The translations under genes were made by a program, and so were the position numbers. The notes beneath the pieces were generated by a model that was given only the letters and a program-made list of their open reading frames with translations, searched no databases and had not been told where the DNA came from. 64,000 nucleotides of DNA from an uncultured Chloroflexia bacterium (lineage in GTDB: Bacteria > Chloroflexota > Anaerolineae > JAAYZQ01), in assembly GCA_963700285.1 (NCBI GenBank), contig CAVOXA010000010.1, positions 576,001 to 640,000 of the forward strand, given 5' to 3'. Positions 1 to 9,856 of the stretch are shown piece after piece; position 1 is the first letter of the stretch, and each line of letters starts with the position of its first letter.

Positions 1-1336
1 TCTTGTTCTCTCGCAGGACCAGACTCAGATCATACTGCGCTGTGCCTCCCTGAGCGTCAAAGTCACCAGTACTAAGGCCTGGCAAGCGCAGGGCTTGGTC
101 TGGCGCATTCTGGAGGACCAGCATTGCCTGAAACAGCGGGGTATAGCTCGGATCACGGACGGGCTGCAGTTCTTCTACCAGTTTCTCAAAGGGCAGTTCC
201 TGGTGGGAGTAGGCTCCCAAACAGGTTTCTCGGACCTGGCTCAGAAACTGCCGGAAAGTGGGATTGCCGGAGAGGTCGCTGCGGAGGACAAGGGTATTGA
301 CAAAAAAGCCGATCAGACCCTCGACTTCTGTTCTCGTGCGGTTAGCGATAGGCGAGCCGACGACGATGTCGGCCTGCCCTGTGTAGCGATGCAGCAATAC
401 CTGAAAGGCAGCCAGAAGCGTCATAAAGAGGGTGACGTCTTCCTGCCAGCTCAAGCTCATGAGCGCGCCTGTCAGGCTTTTAGGCAGCATTGTGGCCTGT
501 ACCGCGCCCTGGTAGGTCTGAGTACGGGGTCGTGGGTGATCGCTGGGCAAGTTTAGCAGTTGGGCAACCCCCGCAAGCTGCTGTTTCCAGTAGTCAAGTT
601 GAGCATCTAGTGTGCTCCCCTTGAGCCATTCCCGCTGCCATAGGGCATAGTCGGCGTACTGGATGGGAAGTTCGGGTAGCGATGATGGCTCGCCAGCGGA
701 GAACGCCTGGTAGAGCGCAAAGAGTTCGCGGAACAGGACATCCATTGACCAACCATCAGACACAATGTGATGCATGGTGAGCAGCAGTATGTATTCATCT
801 TCTGCGAGCCAGAGCAAGGTCGTCCGAAGAAGCGGCCCCTGGGCCAGGTCGAAGGGTTGTCTGGCCTCCTTGTTTGCCAACCGCTGGGCCTCGGACTCCC
901 GCTCATCCTCGGGCAACGATCGGAGATCGATCACCGGCAACGCCAAATCCTCGATGGGCATTTCGGCCCCCCTGAGGGAGGGCGCTGGGGCAAGGACCTG
1001 TACCGCTTGTCCGTGGACGGCCACGAACCTAGTGCGCAGAGTTTCGTGGCGTCGCTGGATCTCGAGTAGGCTCTGCTCAAGGGCGCCAGGTTTGAGCATA
1101 CCCGACAAGCGTACCGCCCGGGCGATATTGTACGCTGGGTTGCCGGGTTCCAGCTGATCGAGGAACCAGAGCCGTTCCTGGGCAAAGGACAGTGGGGCTC
1201 TGTCCTGCCGTCGTCGGGGAATAGACTCTGATCCTGCAAGCGAGGGCGGCGCACCCTGAGACCACTTGTCAAGCAGAGCTTGTTTTTCAGGGGAGAGCTT
1301 GGAACGCCGCCTCGCGAGATCCGTTCCTCGAGTCAT
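1..1336 (-). CDS. Non-ribosomal peptide synthetase, N-terminal part (docking-like N-terminus + condensation domain); runs off the window
   Basis: Manual translation from ATG 1336: MTRGTDLARRRSKLSPEKQALL...APLSFAQERLWFLDQLEPGNPAYN...MHHIVSDGWS (HHxxxDG)...QYADYALWQ...IGFFVNTLVLR...HQELPFEKLVEEL. There is no stop before position 1, so it is absent from the ORF track. Confidence 0.93.
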   Translation of the reverse strand, partial: MTRGTDLARRRSKLSPEKQALLDKWSQGAPPSLAGSESIPRRRQDRAPLSFAQERLWFLDQLEPGNPAYNIARAVRLSGMLKPGALEQSLLEIQRRHETLRTRFVAVHGQAVQVLAPAPSLRGAEMPIEDLALPVIDLRSLPEDERESEAQRLANKEARQPFDLAQGPLLRTTLLWLAEDEYILLLTMHHIVSDGWSMDVLFRELFALYQAFSAGEPSSLPELPIQYADYALWQREWLKGSTLDAQLDYWKQQLAGVAQLLNLPSDHPRPRTQTYQGAVQATMLPKSLTGALMSLSWQEDVTLFMTLLAAFQVLLHRYTGQADIVVGSPIANRTRTEVEGLIGFFVNTLVLRSDLSGNPTFRQFLSQVRETCLGAYSHQELPFEKLVEELQPVRDPSYTPLFQAMLVLQNAPDQALRLPGLSTGDFDAQGGTAQYDLSLVLRENK

Positions 1337-1351
1337 CTTCCCGTCACCTCG

Positions 1352-3229
1352 CTACGACTGTCCGGCACGCCGTGCTTCCTCTTCACTCAAGCTCTCCAAT
1401 CTGCTCAAGATGCTCTCCTCGATAATCAAGGCTTGGTCAGCCAAAACAGGCTCTCTAAATACTGAGGTCAGCGGCAACTCCACGGAAAAAACCTCTCGTG
1501 CTCGGGATACCAACCGGGTGGCCGAGATCGAATCACCGCCCAGGGCAAAGAAATTATCATAGGCTCCCACCTGGTCGAGGCTCAGCACCTCGGACCACAG
1601 CTTCGCCAATCCGGTCTCAAGAGCGGAAGACGGCGCAACGAAAATGGGGCTCAGCTCCTTGCCGAGTATCTCTGCAACTCGACGGCGTTGTACTTTTCCC
1701 ATCGAGTTTGTTGGCATCTGGTCGATAATGAGCACTTGACTGGGGACCTTGTGATCTGCTAGCCGCGCAAAGGCCCATTCCCGGAGTTCTTTCTCCGTGA
1801 CCATGGCGCCTTCCTGCAACACCACGGCAGCGGCGATATCTTCGCCAAGTGTTGGATGGGGTGCGGCAAAGGTGACAGCCTGGGATACGGCAGGGTGGTC
1901 CAGGAGGACATCGTCAATCTGCTTGGGTGCTATCTTTTCGCCGCCGCGGTTGATAATCTCTTTGATGCGGCCAGTGAAGAATAGATAGCCGTCCTCGTCC
2001 AAGTAGCCCTGATCCCCGGTTCTGAACCAGCCGTCGACGAAGGAGTTTCTGTTGGCTTCTGGATCATCCTCGTAGCCCCGAAACACGTTTTCCCCACGGA
2101 CAACGATCTCGCCGGTCTTGCCTGCTGCCAACAGACTTCCGCCTTCATCCATGATGGCCAGCTCGGGACCGGCAGCCTTTCCGGCGGAGCCATGCCTGCG
2201 CCTATGGGGAGGGAGGCGGTTGCCAGCCACGTGAGACGAAGCTTCAGTCAGGCCGTAAGCCTCGAGGGCAGGCACACCGAATACCTGTTCCAACCCTGCC
2301 ATGACCGGATGTGGCAGGGCGGCCGAGCGAGAGCAGATGAACCGCATGGGACGGCGGGAAATAACCTCCTGATTGGCCTCTGCCTCACCGAGTATGGCCA
2401 GATGCATGGTAGGAACTGCCGTGTACCACGTCGGGCTGAAAGCATCTACCCACTCGAAGAAACGGGAGGCATCAAAGCCTGGAGTACAGACAACGCTCCC
2501 GCCAGCTACCAGTGGAGCAAGGAGCGCAACGGCCAGGCCATGGATGTGATAAAGGGGCATGATGTTTAGGCATCGATCATCTGCGTCGAGTTCATAGGTA
2601 TCCCTCATGTGAATAGCCGAGGTCCCAAGATTGGTGTGGGTCAAGGGTACAAGCTTGGGCCGGGAAGTAGTCCCCGATGTATACAGCGCCAGGGCAACAT
2701 CACTGGGTTGGACGGTACCACATTTGGGCTTTCGGCGTCGATCGTTACTCTGGATCGTGAAAACGCCGGCTTCTGCCTCCAATGTGGGTGATAGCTCCAC
2801 GATAGGGATGCCCTGGGCTCGGGCCACGACCCTGGCTGGCGAATCCATGCCAGATCCCACAAGCAGCGCCTTTGCATGCAGATCGGATAGGTAGAATTCA
2901 AACTCCTCGCTACCATAGGCAGGATTAAGCGGTGCACTGGTGGCGCAGGATGACACCGCCAGGAAGGCTGCGGCCGTCTCCGGTCCGTTGGGCAGTACCA
3001 TCGCCACGCGGTCGTGGCGCCCCACACCTAGCGACTGCAGTGCACATACTGCATATTCGACTTGAGTACATAACCTGCGGTACGTCAGGGGCTGGCGGCT
3101 GGGCGACGCAATAGCCACAGCGCTAGGGCGGCGCTCTGCGTGGCCCTTGACGAGATCATAGATTGTCTCATGAGACCTTGCGCTTGCGTCAAGGCTCCCT
3201 TGTGCGGGCTGCTGCTGTGGTTGTATCAT
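1352..3229 (-). CDS. Acyl-CoA ligase-type adenylation domain (oxalate-CoA ligase AAE3/PCS60-like) fused to a C-terminal carrier protein (PCP/ACP)
   Basis: YTSGTTSRPK, PLYHIHG, WYTAVPTMH, EAYGLTE, WFRTGD, INRGGEKI, GKVQRR; carrier motif DNFFALGGDS. Likely start is ATG 3229 with a GGAG RBS. Confidence 0.88.
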   Translation of the reverse strand: MIQPQQQPAQGSLDASARSHETIYDLVKGHAERRPSAVAIASPSRQPLTYRRLCTQVEYAVCALQSLGVGRHDRVAMVLPNGPETAAAFLAVSSCATSAPLNPAYGSEEFEFYLSDLHAKALLVGSGMDSPARVVARAQGIPIVELSPTLEAEAGVFTIQSNDRRRKPKCGTVQPSDVALALYTSGTTSRPKLVPLTHTNLGTSAIHMRDTYELDADDRCLNIMPLYHIHGLAVALLAPLVAGGSVVCTPGFDASRFFEWVDAFSPTWYTAVPTMHLAILGEAEANQEVISRRPMRFICSRSAALPHPVMAGLEQVFGVPALEAYGLTEASSHVAGNRLPPHRRRHGSAGKAAGPELAIMDEGGSLLAAGKTGEIVVRGENVFRGYEDDPEANRNSFVDGWFRTGDQGYLDEDGYLFFTGRIKEIINRGGEKIAPKQIDDVLLDHPAVSQAVTFAAPHPTLGEDIAAAVVLQEGAMVTEKELREWAFARLADHKVPSQVLIIDQMPTNSMGKVQRRRVAEILGKELSPIFVAPSSALETGLAKLWSEVLSLDQVGAYDNFFALGGDSISATRLVSRAREVFSVELPLTSVFREPVLADQALIIEESILSRLESLSEEEARRAGQS

Positions 3230-3248
3230 CGCGATCTCCCGAGCACAG

Positions 3249-6200
3249 CTATTCTCCGATCTCCCAAGTACCGTCTGCATATAGGACATGGACTTCACCC
3301 CGGGGGCCCACGAACAATTGTCCGCCAGCGAAAGGCTGGGCCATCGTCTCGAAACCCTGCTCCTCGACCAGCGCCCAGCCGGTGTTTGCCCCCGGCCCGC
3401 CCAACTGCTCCCGCCATATCTTGCCAAAGCCCCGCACCGGCTGCAGCAAACCTGCTGGCGGCGTCAAAGCCGGGTCGTCTGGCGGCTGGGACTCGTCCCA
3501 GGTGTCGGGGTAGCGCGCCCAGCTACCATCCGCCTCCAGAACATAGATCGCCTTTTCGTCAGCCCGCCAGAACATCAGCCCATACTCGAAGGGTTGGTAG
3601 GCCGCCGCGCTGCTGGCCGCACCGTCGGCGGGGCAGCGCAGCCTGGCTGCGATCTCTGTGTCTTCGTAAGTCCTGGCAAAGGGCCCAGCATGCGGTATCG
3701 CGCAGGGAGTTGCCCTGGCTCTCGCCCGCGGTGCAGGAGTGGGGACAGGCAACGCTGGCCACGCAACCGGACTGAGATCCAATGCAGTGGGGTCCACGCG
3801 AGCAGCACCGTTGTTGGTGCCGAACCACAACCAACCATCAACATCCTGGTTGATCGAGGCCACGTCGTTGGCCGGTAGGCCGTCCTGGGCCGTGAATTGT
3901 CGCCAGGATCTACCGTCGTAGCGGAAGGCTCCCGCGTGGGTGCCCACCCATACGGCGCCGTCGGCGTCTATATGCAGGGCCGACGCGCTCAGAGCCTTCT
4001 TTTCCTGGAGCGGCGGCAGTTCGCTCCACTGGCCCCCGGCACGGCGCCACACCGCTGCGTCAGAATGCAAGAGATAGGCTGTACCCTCGGGGCCAAGCTC
4101 GACCGCAGTGGCCTCCTGCCCTCCCCCACCGGTCCAGCCCTCCTCGCCGTAGAATACCAGCCCTCCGGCCGTGGCGGCCCACACGGTGCCCTACATCGTC
4201 GATCTCGATGTCGTTGATCCGCCAGCCGGTCAGCCCTTCAGGATCGGAGATGACTTCCCACTCCTGCCCATCCCAGCGCAAGAGTCCTGGCGCCTGGGCG
4301 CCGGCCCACACAGCTCCGTTGCGGCCGGCAGCGATGTCATACACAGCTCCGACAACATCCTCATCCGGGAAGGGCCGGGATGTCCAGGTACCCCCGTCAA
4401 AACTGGCAATGTCCGGGGGCAGGTCGCCACCAGCCCACAAGGTAGCGTCTGGGGCTACAGCGACGGCGCCAATGTACTGGCTGGGCAGGCCATCCGTGAT
4501 GGTATAGTGAGCCCGGATCGCACCTTCAGCATAGCGGGCCAGGCCGCTGCCCCAGGTACCTAGCCAGATGTCGCCGTTGGGTGTTGTCTCTATCTCGCCC
4601 ACCCACTCGCCCTCAAGAACCGTAGGCCACTGCTCCGTAGTGTGAACCGGCTCCCAGGACAGTTGCTCCGGATCCAGTGTCCAGAACTCGCCGGCATAGG
4701 TACCGACGAAGAGTCTGATGCTGTCCCATCGGGCAGGGCAAAAGTCGCGGCGGTTGCCAGCTTGTTGGTATAATCACGCCCGGCCAGGCGTTCGTCGCGC
4801 CAGCGTTCCCAGGTCTGGCCTCCATCGGTGGTGCGGAACAGGTCGAACTCGGTTAGGACGTAGGCGGTGTGATCGACGGCGAATGTGGGCGATTTTTGGA
4901 TGGACTGGACATAGAACTCGGGCTGGCCCGTGATGACCAATGGCTCCCAAGTCTGTGCGCCGTCGAGGCTGCGCTCTATCTGCTGACCATAGTCAGCGAT
5001 GCGGAATTGGACAGCAGGCTGGGCCCTGGCGGCTGGCAAAAGTTCCTCTGGCGGCGGCAGATCCGCAGCCTGCGAGTTAGTCATCACCAGTGTCCAGCTC
5101 AACCCTCTGTCAGTGGAACGGAATACGGAGGCGCCGCCTTGCCAGGGATTGATACGTTGGTAGTTGCTATAGGCCAGCAGTGTACCATCGGCGGCATAGT
5201 TGGGTGACACGGCAACATCCTGGACGCGCAGGTGAACGAGGTCTTTCCACACCGGTTGCCAGGTATCGCCGCCATCTGTAGAACGGTAGACGCCTTCGCC
5301 CCAAAACTCACCTTGGGCGCCGCCGGCAAACAAGGTTTGGTCGTTGGCGAAATCAGGCGAGAGTGCCAGGTCCAGCGTCAGGTACTGGCTCGAGGGCAGG
5401 CCGCCTCGCAGTTGGACCCAGGTTTGGCCGCCGTCGGTTGAGCGGTACACACAGCCGCTGTCCGCAGTCACAAAGAGTGTATGGTCCCGCGCATAGTCTG
5501 GAGAAGGCTGGATCGAGACTATCTTGCCTGCTGCCAACAGGTCATCGGGTTGCGGGCCAGGCTGGCCGGTAGATACTGGTTCAGGCCACCCACCCGTTTC
5601 CGAGAGCACAACCAGGTCACCACCGGCAAAAGCGTAGATTCGTCCCTCCTCTGTGTCCAGTGTATGGATACAGAGGGGGGAAGCGTACCGGCCGGTGTCA
5701 GTGCTGCCAGGTCGACCACCAGCATGTCATCGCCATGGGGGACGTACATCTGGCCGGTGTTGGGATTGGTGACACCTAGGCCAAGTCCGTCGCGCCAGGT
5801 CTGCAAGCTGCCTTCCAGATCGGAGACCAGGAGGTTGTTGTAGGATACGTAGCGGCTGTAGCGCTCGCCGCGGTAGATCAGGCCGTGCACTGCCTCGGAC
5901 AGCATCAGCTGCTGCCGGCAGCTGCGTTCCACAGACGGTGTCTGAGCCGGGTCGATGATCTCTGTGAGTGTGGTTGCGTCAAAGAAACGAGGCGCTGGTT
6001 CAGAACCCGGGCCCTTGCCTGCGGACAGGATGGTGACCTCTACAACCAACAGGTTTCGATCCGGATAGATGTGGGCGTCGGTCGCTGCCAGGCAACCATT
6101 GCACCAGGGCAGCGGCTGCTCCGTGATCTCGGGCAGAAGGTCACCGGTAATCCGCAGCGTGTCCGGATCGGCGATGTGAATCGAGTAGGCGACGATGTAA

Positions 6201-6925
6201 AGTTCGTCGCGAAGCGGATTGTAGACCGGGATGCCTGGCTGCGAGACTGTACCTACCTTGATCAAGGTCTCAGCGTCGTAAACGCGAACGTCGCCCCCAT
6301 GCTGATCGGTCATGACGGACACCGGATTGCCTACGTAGAGGCGTTCCCGCTTGCTGTCCAGCGCGACGCGGCCCCCAGGTGGGATGGTCCCCACAACTGT
6401 CAGATCTTCCGTGTCCACAACCGTCAGCTCGCCCTCGCCCTGTGGGGGTGAGACATAGAGCCGACTGTGGTCAGGGTCGAGTATCAGATTGCCAGATCCA
6501 GGCAAGCTGGCGACTTTCTGGTAGGTAGCCGCATCGAGGACGTGCAGTTGTCCCGAGGTATCGGTGACGTAAAGACGACCGGCAGCGCTGTCCAGCAGCA
6601 GATCATAGAGATAAGCATCGACCGGAGCCAAGGAGATGCGGGCCAAGGTTTCTGGTACCAGACCAGGCCCACCTGCGTGCGCTGGCGGACTAGCGGTTGG
6701 CTCGGGGGGCACCGTAGCAGGGGGTGAGGTGGGCACCGGGGTTGATGCGGATTCAGGGCTGGGAGGTACCGTTGCCGTGTCCACGGACTGGGGTATGGCA
6801 GAGGTGGGGGTAGGTGTGCCATGTGCCTCTGAAGTTGATGCCGGTGTTGCCTGATTGCAGGCGGCCAGGAAGAGCGCAGCCAGCAGCCAGAGGAGGATCC
6901 AAGGAGTCCTGCCCGTCCATTTCAT
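3249..6925 (-). CDS. Large lipoprotein with YncE/YVTN-like, BNR/Asp-box and two-component-regulator propeller repeats; split by three apparent indels
   Basis: Lipobox LFLAAC and a Pro/Thr linker; repeats RSTDGGxTW, DGLPS/DGLPAN and WFGTNNG. ORFs 5519-6925, 4590-5609, 4060-4602 and 3249-4184 join after removing single bases near 5675 (G6 run), 4720 and 4193. Confidence 0.75.
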
Positions 6926-6938
6926 GATAGAACCTCAT

Positions 6939-7583
6939 CTAGCCCTGCAGTAAGGGCGCCAGTTTCTCCCGCAGTAGAACCAGGGCCTGCTGGATCCGGG
7001 CCTGGTTCTCCGGCAGGTTGGGCCAAAGGCTGGCGCCTGAGGGATGGGGTAGGGGCAGGACCTGCCGTCCGTCCACTTTAAAAACCTGCCCCACGGCCTC
7101 GTCCAGGCGAATCTTTTGCCCAAGGAGGGTCTCTATGGCCAGGCCACCCACGGCCAGAAGCACACTGGGCGAGACCATTGCCAGTTCGCGGTCCAGAAAC
7201 GGCCTGCAGAGCTTTTGCTCGGCGCGGCTCGGTTTGCGATCACCTTTGCCACTGGGGTGTTTGCCAGGGTAGCACTTGGTCACGGCCGTCATATAGTATC
7301 GGGTCCGAAAGTCCACCTCTTCAAAGCCAACTTCACCCAGCCATTGGAACAGTCGCCGTCCCGATGAGGCATTGAATGGACGTTGAGCCTGGACTTCGGT
7401 CACGCCTGGCGCCTGGCCCACAAGCATCAAGGGCGCTGGCGCCGGGCCCGAAAAAATGGCCCCCGGTATGATGTCGTACCCGGACTCCAGGCACCTGCGG
7501 CAGGCGCGCATCTCGCGGCCCAGGGTTTCGACCGAAGCGGCCCCGATTGGGGCGATCTGGCCTTTGGCGTGCCCGTCTGTCAT
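6939..7583 (-). CDS. Uracil-DNA glycosylase superfamily protein
   Basis: CRRC, LVGQAPG, RPF, TAVTKCYP and LPHPSG motifs. Confidence 0.88.
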   Translation of the reverse strand: MTDGHAKGQIAPIGAASVETLGREMRACRRCLESGYDIIPGAIFSGPAPAPLMLVGQAPGVTEVQAQRPFNASSGRRLFQWLGEVGFEEVDFRTRYYMTAVTKCYPGKHPSGKGDRKPSRAEQKLCRPFLDRELAMVSPSVLLAVGGLAIETLLGQKIRLDEAVGQVFKVDGRQVLPLPHPSGASLWPNLPENQARIQQALVLLREKLAPLLQG

Positions 7584-7622
7584 CGAACCATCGTCCCCTT
7601 CCTCTTTGCCCGGACTGGGTGG

Positions 7623-8021
7623 CTAGCCCTCGTTCACGACGCGCACGGTGGATTCGACCTCGGCTGAAAGACTGGCATATACTGAGCAGTATTTCTCCTC
7701 CGAAAGATGGACCGCGTCAGAGGCCGCCTTCTGGGTCATGTTTGGACCTTTGATCACCCACTCTACTTCGATCTTTGTAATGCACCAGGGAGGATCAGGG
7801 TCGTTCTGCTTACTGACAGAGGCCTCGATAGCGGTGATCTTTTTTCGCTTTTTCTCCAGAATGCGTACGACATCGATGCCGGCACAGGTCACCAGTGAGA
7901 CCAACAAGAGCATAGGAGGTTTGAAACCCTGCCCCTCGCTATCGGTTACGACTACGTGCCCCGCTTCGTCGGTAGCCAAAAACTGTGCTCCACCAGTCCA
8001 TTTGACGTTTACGTCTGCCAT
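7623..8021 (-). CDS. OsmC/YhfA family protein
   Basis: KPPMLLLVSLVTCAGIDV and SEEKYCSV (two conserved Cys); GGAGG RBS. Confidence 0.88.
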   Translation of the reverse strand: MADVNVKWTGGAQFLATDEAGHVVVTDSEGQGFKPPMLLLVSLVTCAGIDVVRILEKKRKKITAIEASVSKQNDPDPPWCITKIEVEWVIKGPNMTQKAASDAVHLSEEKYCSVYASLSAEVESTVRVVNEG

Positions 8022-8151
8022 GCTGCCTCCATAAAGGTTCTATTTTCCACGTCCCAAGCCCAGTGAGCAGGGAGCAGGATGAGGAACGGGTATCGAATCG
8101 GCGACGACTCGGATTCATGTCCTTTCCGTTGCGACTTGGATCCCCTTTGAG

Positions 8152-9165
8152 TCATGGTTTCAGGTAGACCATGCCGACGCCGAGCGCTTCCAGGGCTTCC
8201 TGGGCATAGTAACGGACGAGGTAACTTGGGTCCTCCAATGTGCCAAAAAGGGGAGTGATGGCGCTTTGGGATCCGATGCGACCCAGAGCTCGCACAGCCA
8301 GCAACCTGGCGTGAGAGCTGTCATCGGCCAACATTGCTGCCAGGGACTCAACGGCTGGCTCGCCGATCATGGAAAGGGCGTCGGCAGCGATACTGGCCAC
8401 AAAGGCACTCTCATCAGCCAGCAGGGCGGCCACGGCTGGCGCGGCCTGTCCATCGCCGACGCGCCCCAGGGCCAGAGCCGCGCAGGCGCGCATATCTGGA
8501 TCCGGGTCGGCCAGTGCGCTGGCCAAAGGTTCCACTGCGGCATGCCCTCCGACCTCAGCCAGCGCTCGCGCGGCCCACCAGCGGGCATCGGCGTCGTCCA
8601 TGACCAGCATCTCTGTCAATGGACCTATGGCAACCGGACCTAACCGGCCGAGAGCCAGGGCAGCCGCCTCGCGGTCTTTGTCGTTTCCAGTGCCCAGTGT
8701 TTGCAGGAGTTCCGCCAGTTGGTCACTCTCCATGTCTATCCTTCCCGCGCCAAGCATGTCAGAAAACCAATCGTCGCCGGGTAGCACTGGTACATGCACC
8801 AGGTGGGCTGGGCATCGGCAATCAGAAGCACCAAAGCCCGGCGCTACGATCTCGGCCTCAGGCAGGCGATGCAATGCAGAAGCCCAGAGGCACTCCAGGC
8901 GTCGCTGGGAAGACTGGCCCCAGGCGCCACCCCAGGTGCAATGCTCTCGCAGATAGTCGATGTGCCAATGTGCCCGTTTGCCGCTTTCTAGCCGGCGCCG
9001 ATGTCGCTTCAGCCGGGCCCGCAGCCCCCCGGGTCCCAGAGCGCTACCCACGTAGAGATACCAGCCCGCCGGGAACTCGATCTCGCCCAGCCGCCCGACA
9101 GAGGTGTCCAGATCGCTCCCTAGCCGCAGGGCCAAGATGTAGGTTCCAGGTTTGCGCCAATCCAT
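8152..9165 (-). CDS. GIY-YIG nuclease (DUF123/Uri-like) fused to HEAT/PBS-lyase repeats
   Basis: GTYILAL...GWYLYVGSALGPGGLRARLKRH...HWHIDYL...GFGASDCRCPAHL, then repeated R..AA.ALG.IG HEAT units. Likely start is ATG 9165. Confidence 0.8.
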   Translation of the reverse strand: MDWRKPGTYILALRLGSDLDTSVGRLGEIEFPAGWYLYVGSALGPGGLRARLKRHRRRLESGKRAHWHIDYLREHCTWGGAWGQSSQRRLECLWASALHRLPEAEIVAPGFGASDCRCPAHLVHVPVLPGDDWFSDMLGAGRIDMESDQLAELLQTLGTGNDKDREAAALALGRLGPVAIGPLTEMLVMDDADARWWAARALAEVGGHAAVEPLASALADPDPDMRACAALALGRVGDGQAAPAVAALLADESAFVASIAADALSMIGEPAVESLAAMLADDSSHARLLAVRALGRIGSQSAITPLFGTLEDPSYLVRYYAQEALEALGVGMVYLKP

Positions 9166-9238
9166 TCGCCCGGTCGAGTACTCCACCCTTCCCCAGTAGT
9201 TCAGCCTAACACTGCCGGGAGTATAGCAGATTTCCGGG

Positions 9239-9763
9239 TTGTTGGCAATAGCCGCGTCAATCTCGCGCACCTCCTGGCAGATTCTCAGCTTTTGTGGCAT
9301 AATGGGTCAGTACATAGCGCTGGGTACTCTCCCGGCTTCCCACGAGGAAGGAGTATGGCTCGTGTTATACAACCTCATTGCAAGCGCACCGGCTGGGGAA
9401 ACTATTCTGGGATGGATAGACTTTGCAGCACTGGTCATCGAGATCCTGGCCGTATTGATCATAGTGGTGACCATCTTTTACGCCCTGGCGCACTATATGA
9501 GCCAGGCAATTCGCCAATCAGAACTTGGAGGCCACTATCAAGAGCTAAAGGTTCGCCTGGGCAAGGCTTTGTTGCTGGGCCTGGAGATCTTGGTGGCAGC
9601 CGACGTCGTCCGTACCGTGGCGCTAGAGGCAACCATGGAAAGCGTCTTGGTTTTGGGCTTGTTGGTACTCATCCGGACTTTCCTGAGTTGGGCGCTGGTA
9701 GTCGAGATCGAAGGGCGCTGGCCGTGGAAGGTTGGCCCTGGAGGGAATGAGTTGGAGACCTGA
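9239..9763 (+). CDS. DUF1622 family membrane protein (true start probably near 9362)
   Basis: LGKALLLGLEILVAADVVRTV...LVLIRTFLSWAL..EIEGRWPW. Confidence 0.85.
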   Translation: MLAIAASISRTSWQILSFCGIMGQYIALGTLPASHEEGVWLVLYNLIASAPAGETILGWIDFAALVIEILAVLIIVVTIFYALAHYMSQAIRQSELGGHYQELKVRLGKALLLGLEILVAADVVRTVALEATMESVLVLGLLVLIRTFLSWALVVEIEGRWPWKVGPGGNELET

Positions 9764-9856
9764 GCCTTTGGCCGATTTGCCAAAGCCTGCCAAAGATCGG
9801 ATAATGCCTGCAAGGACCATGCCGTTCAATCCACACTCAACGAAAGAGGAGAAATC

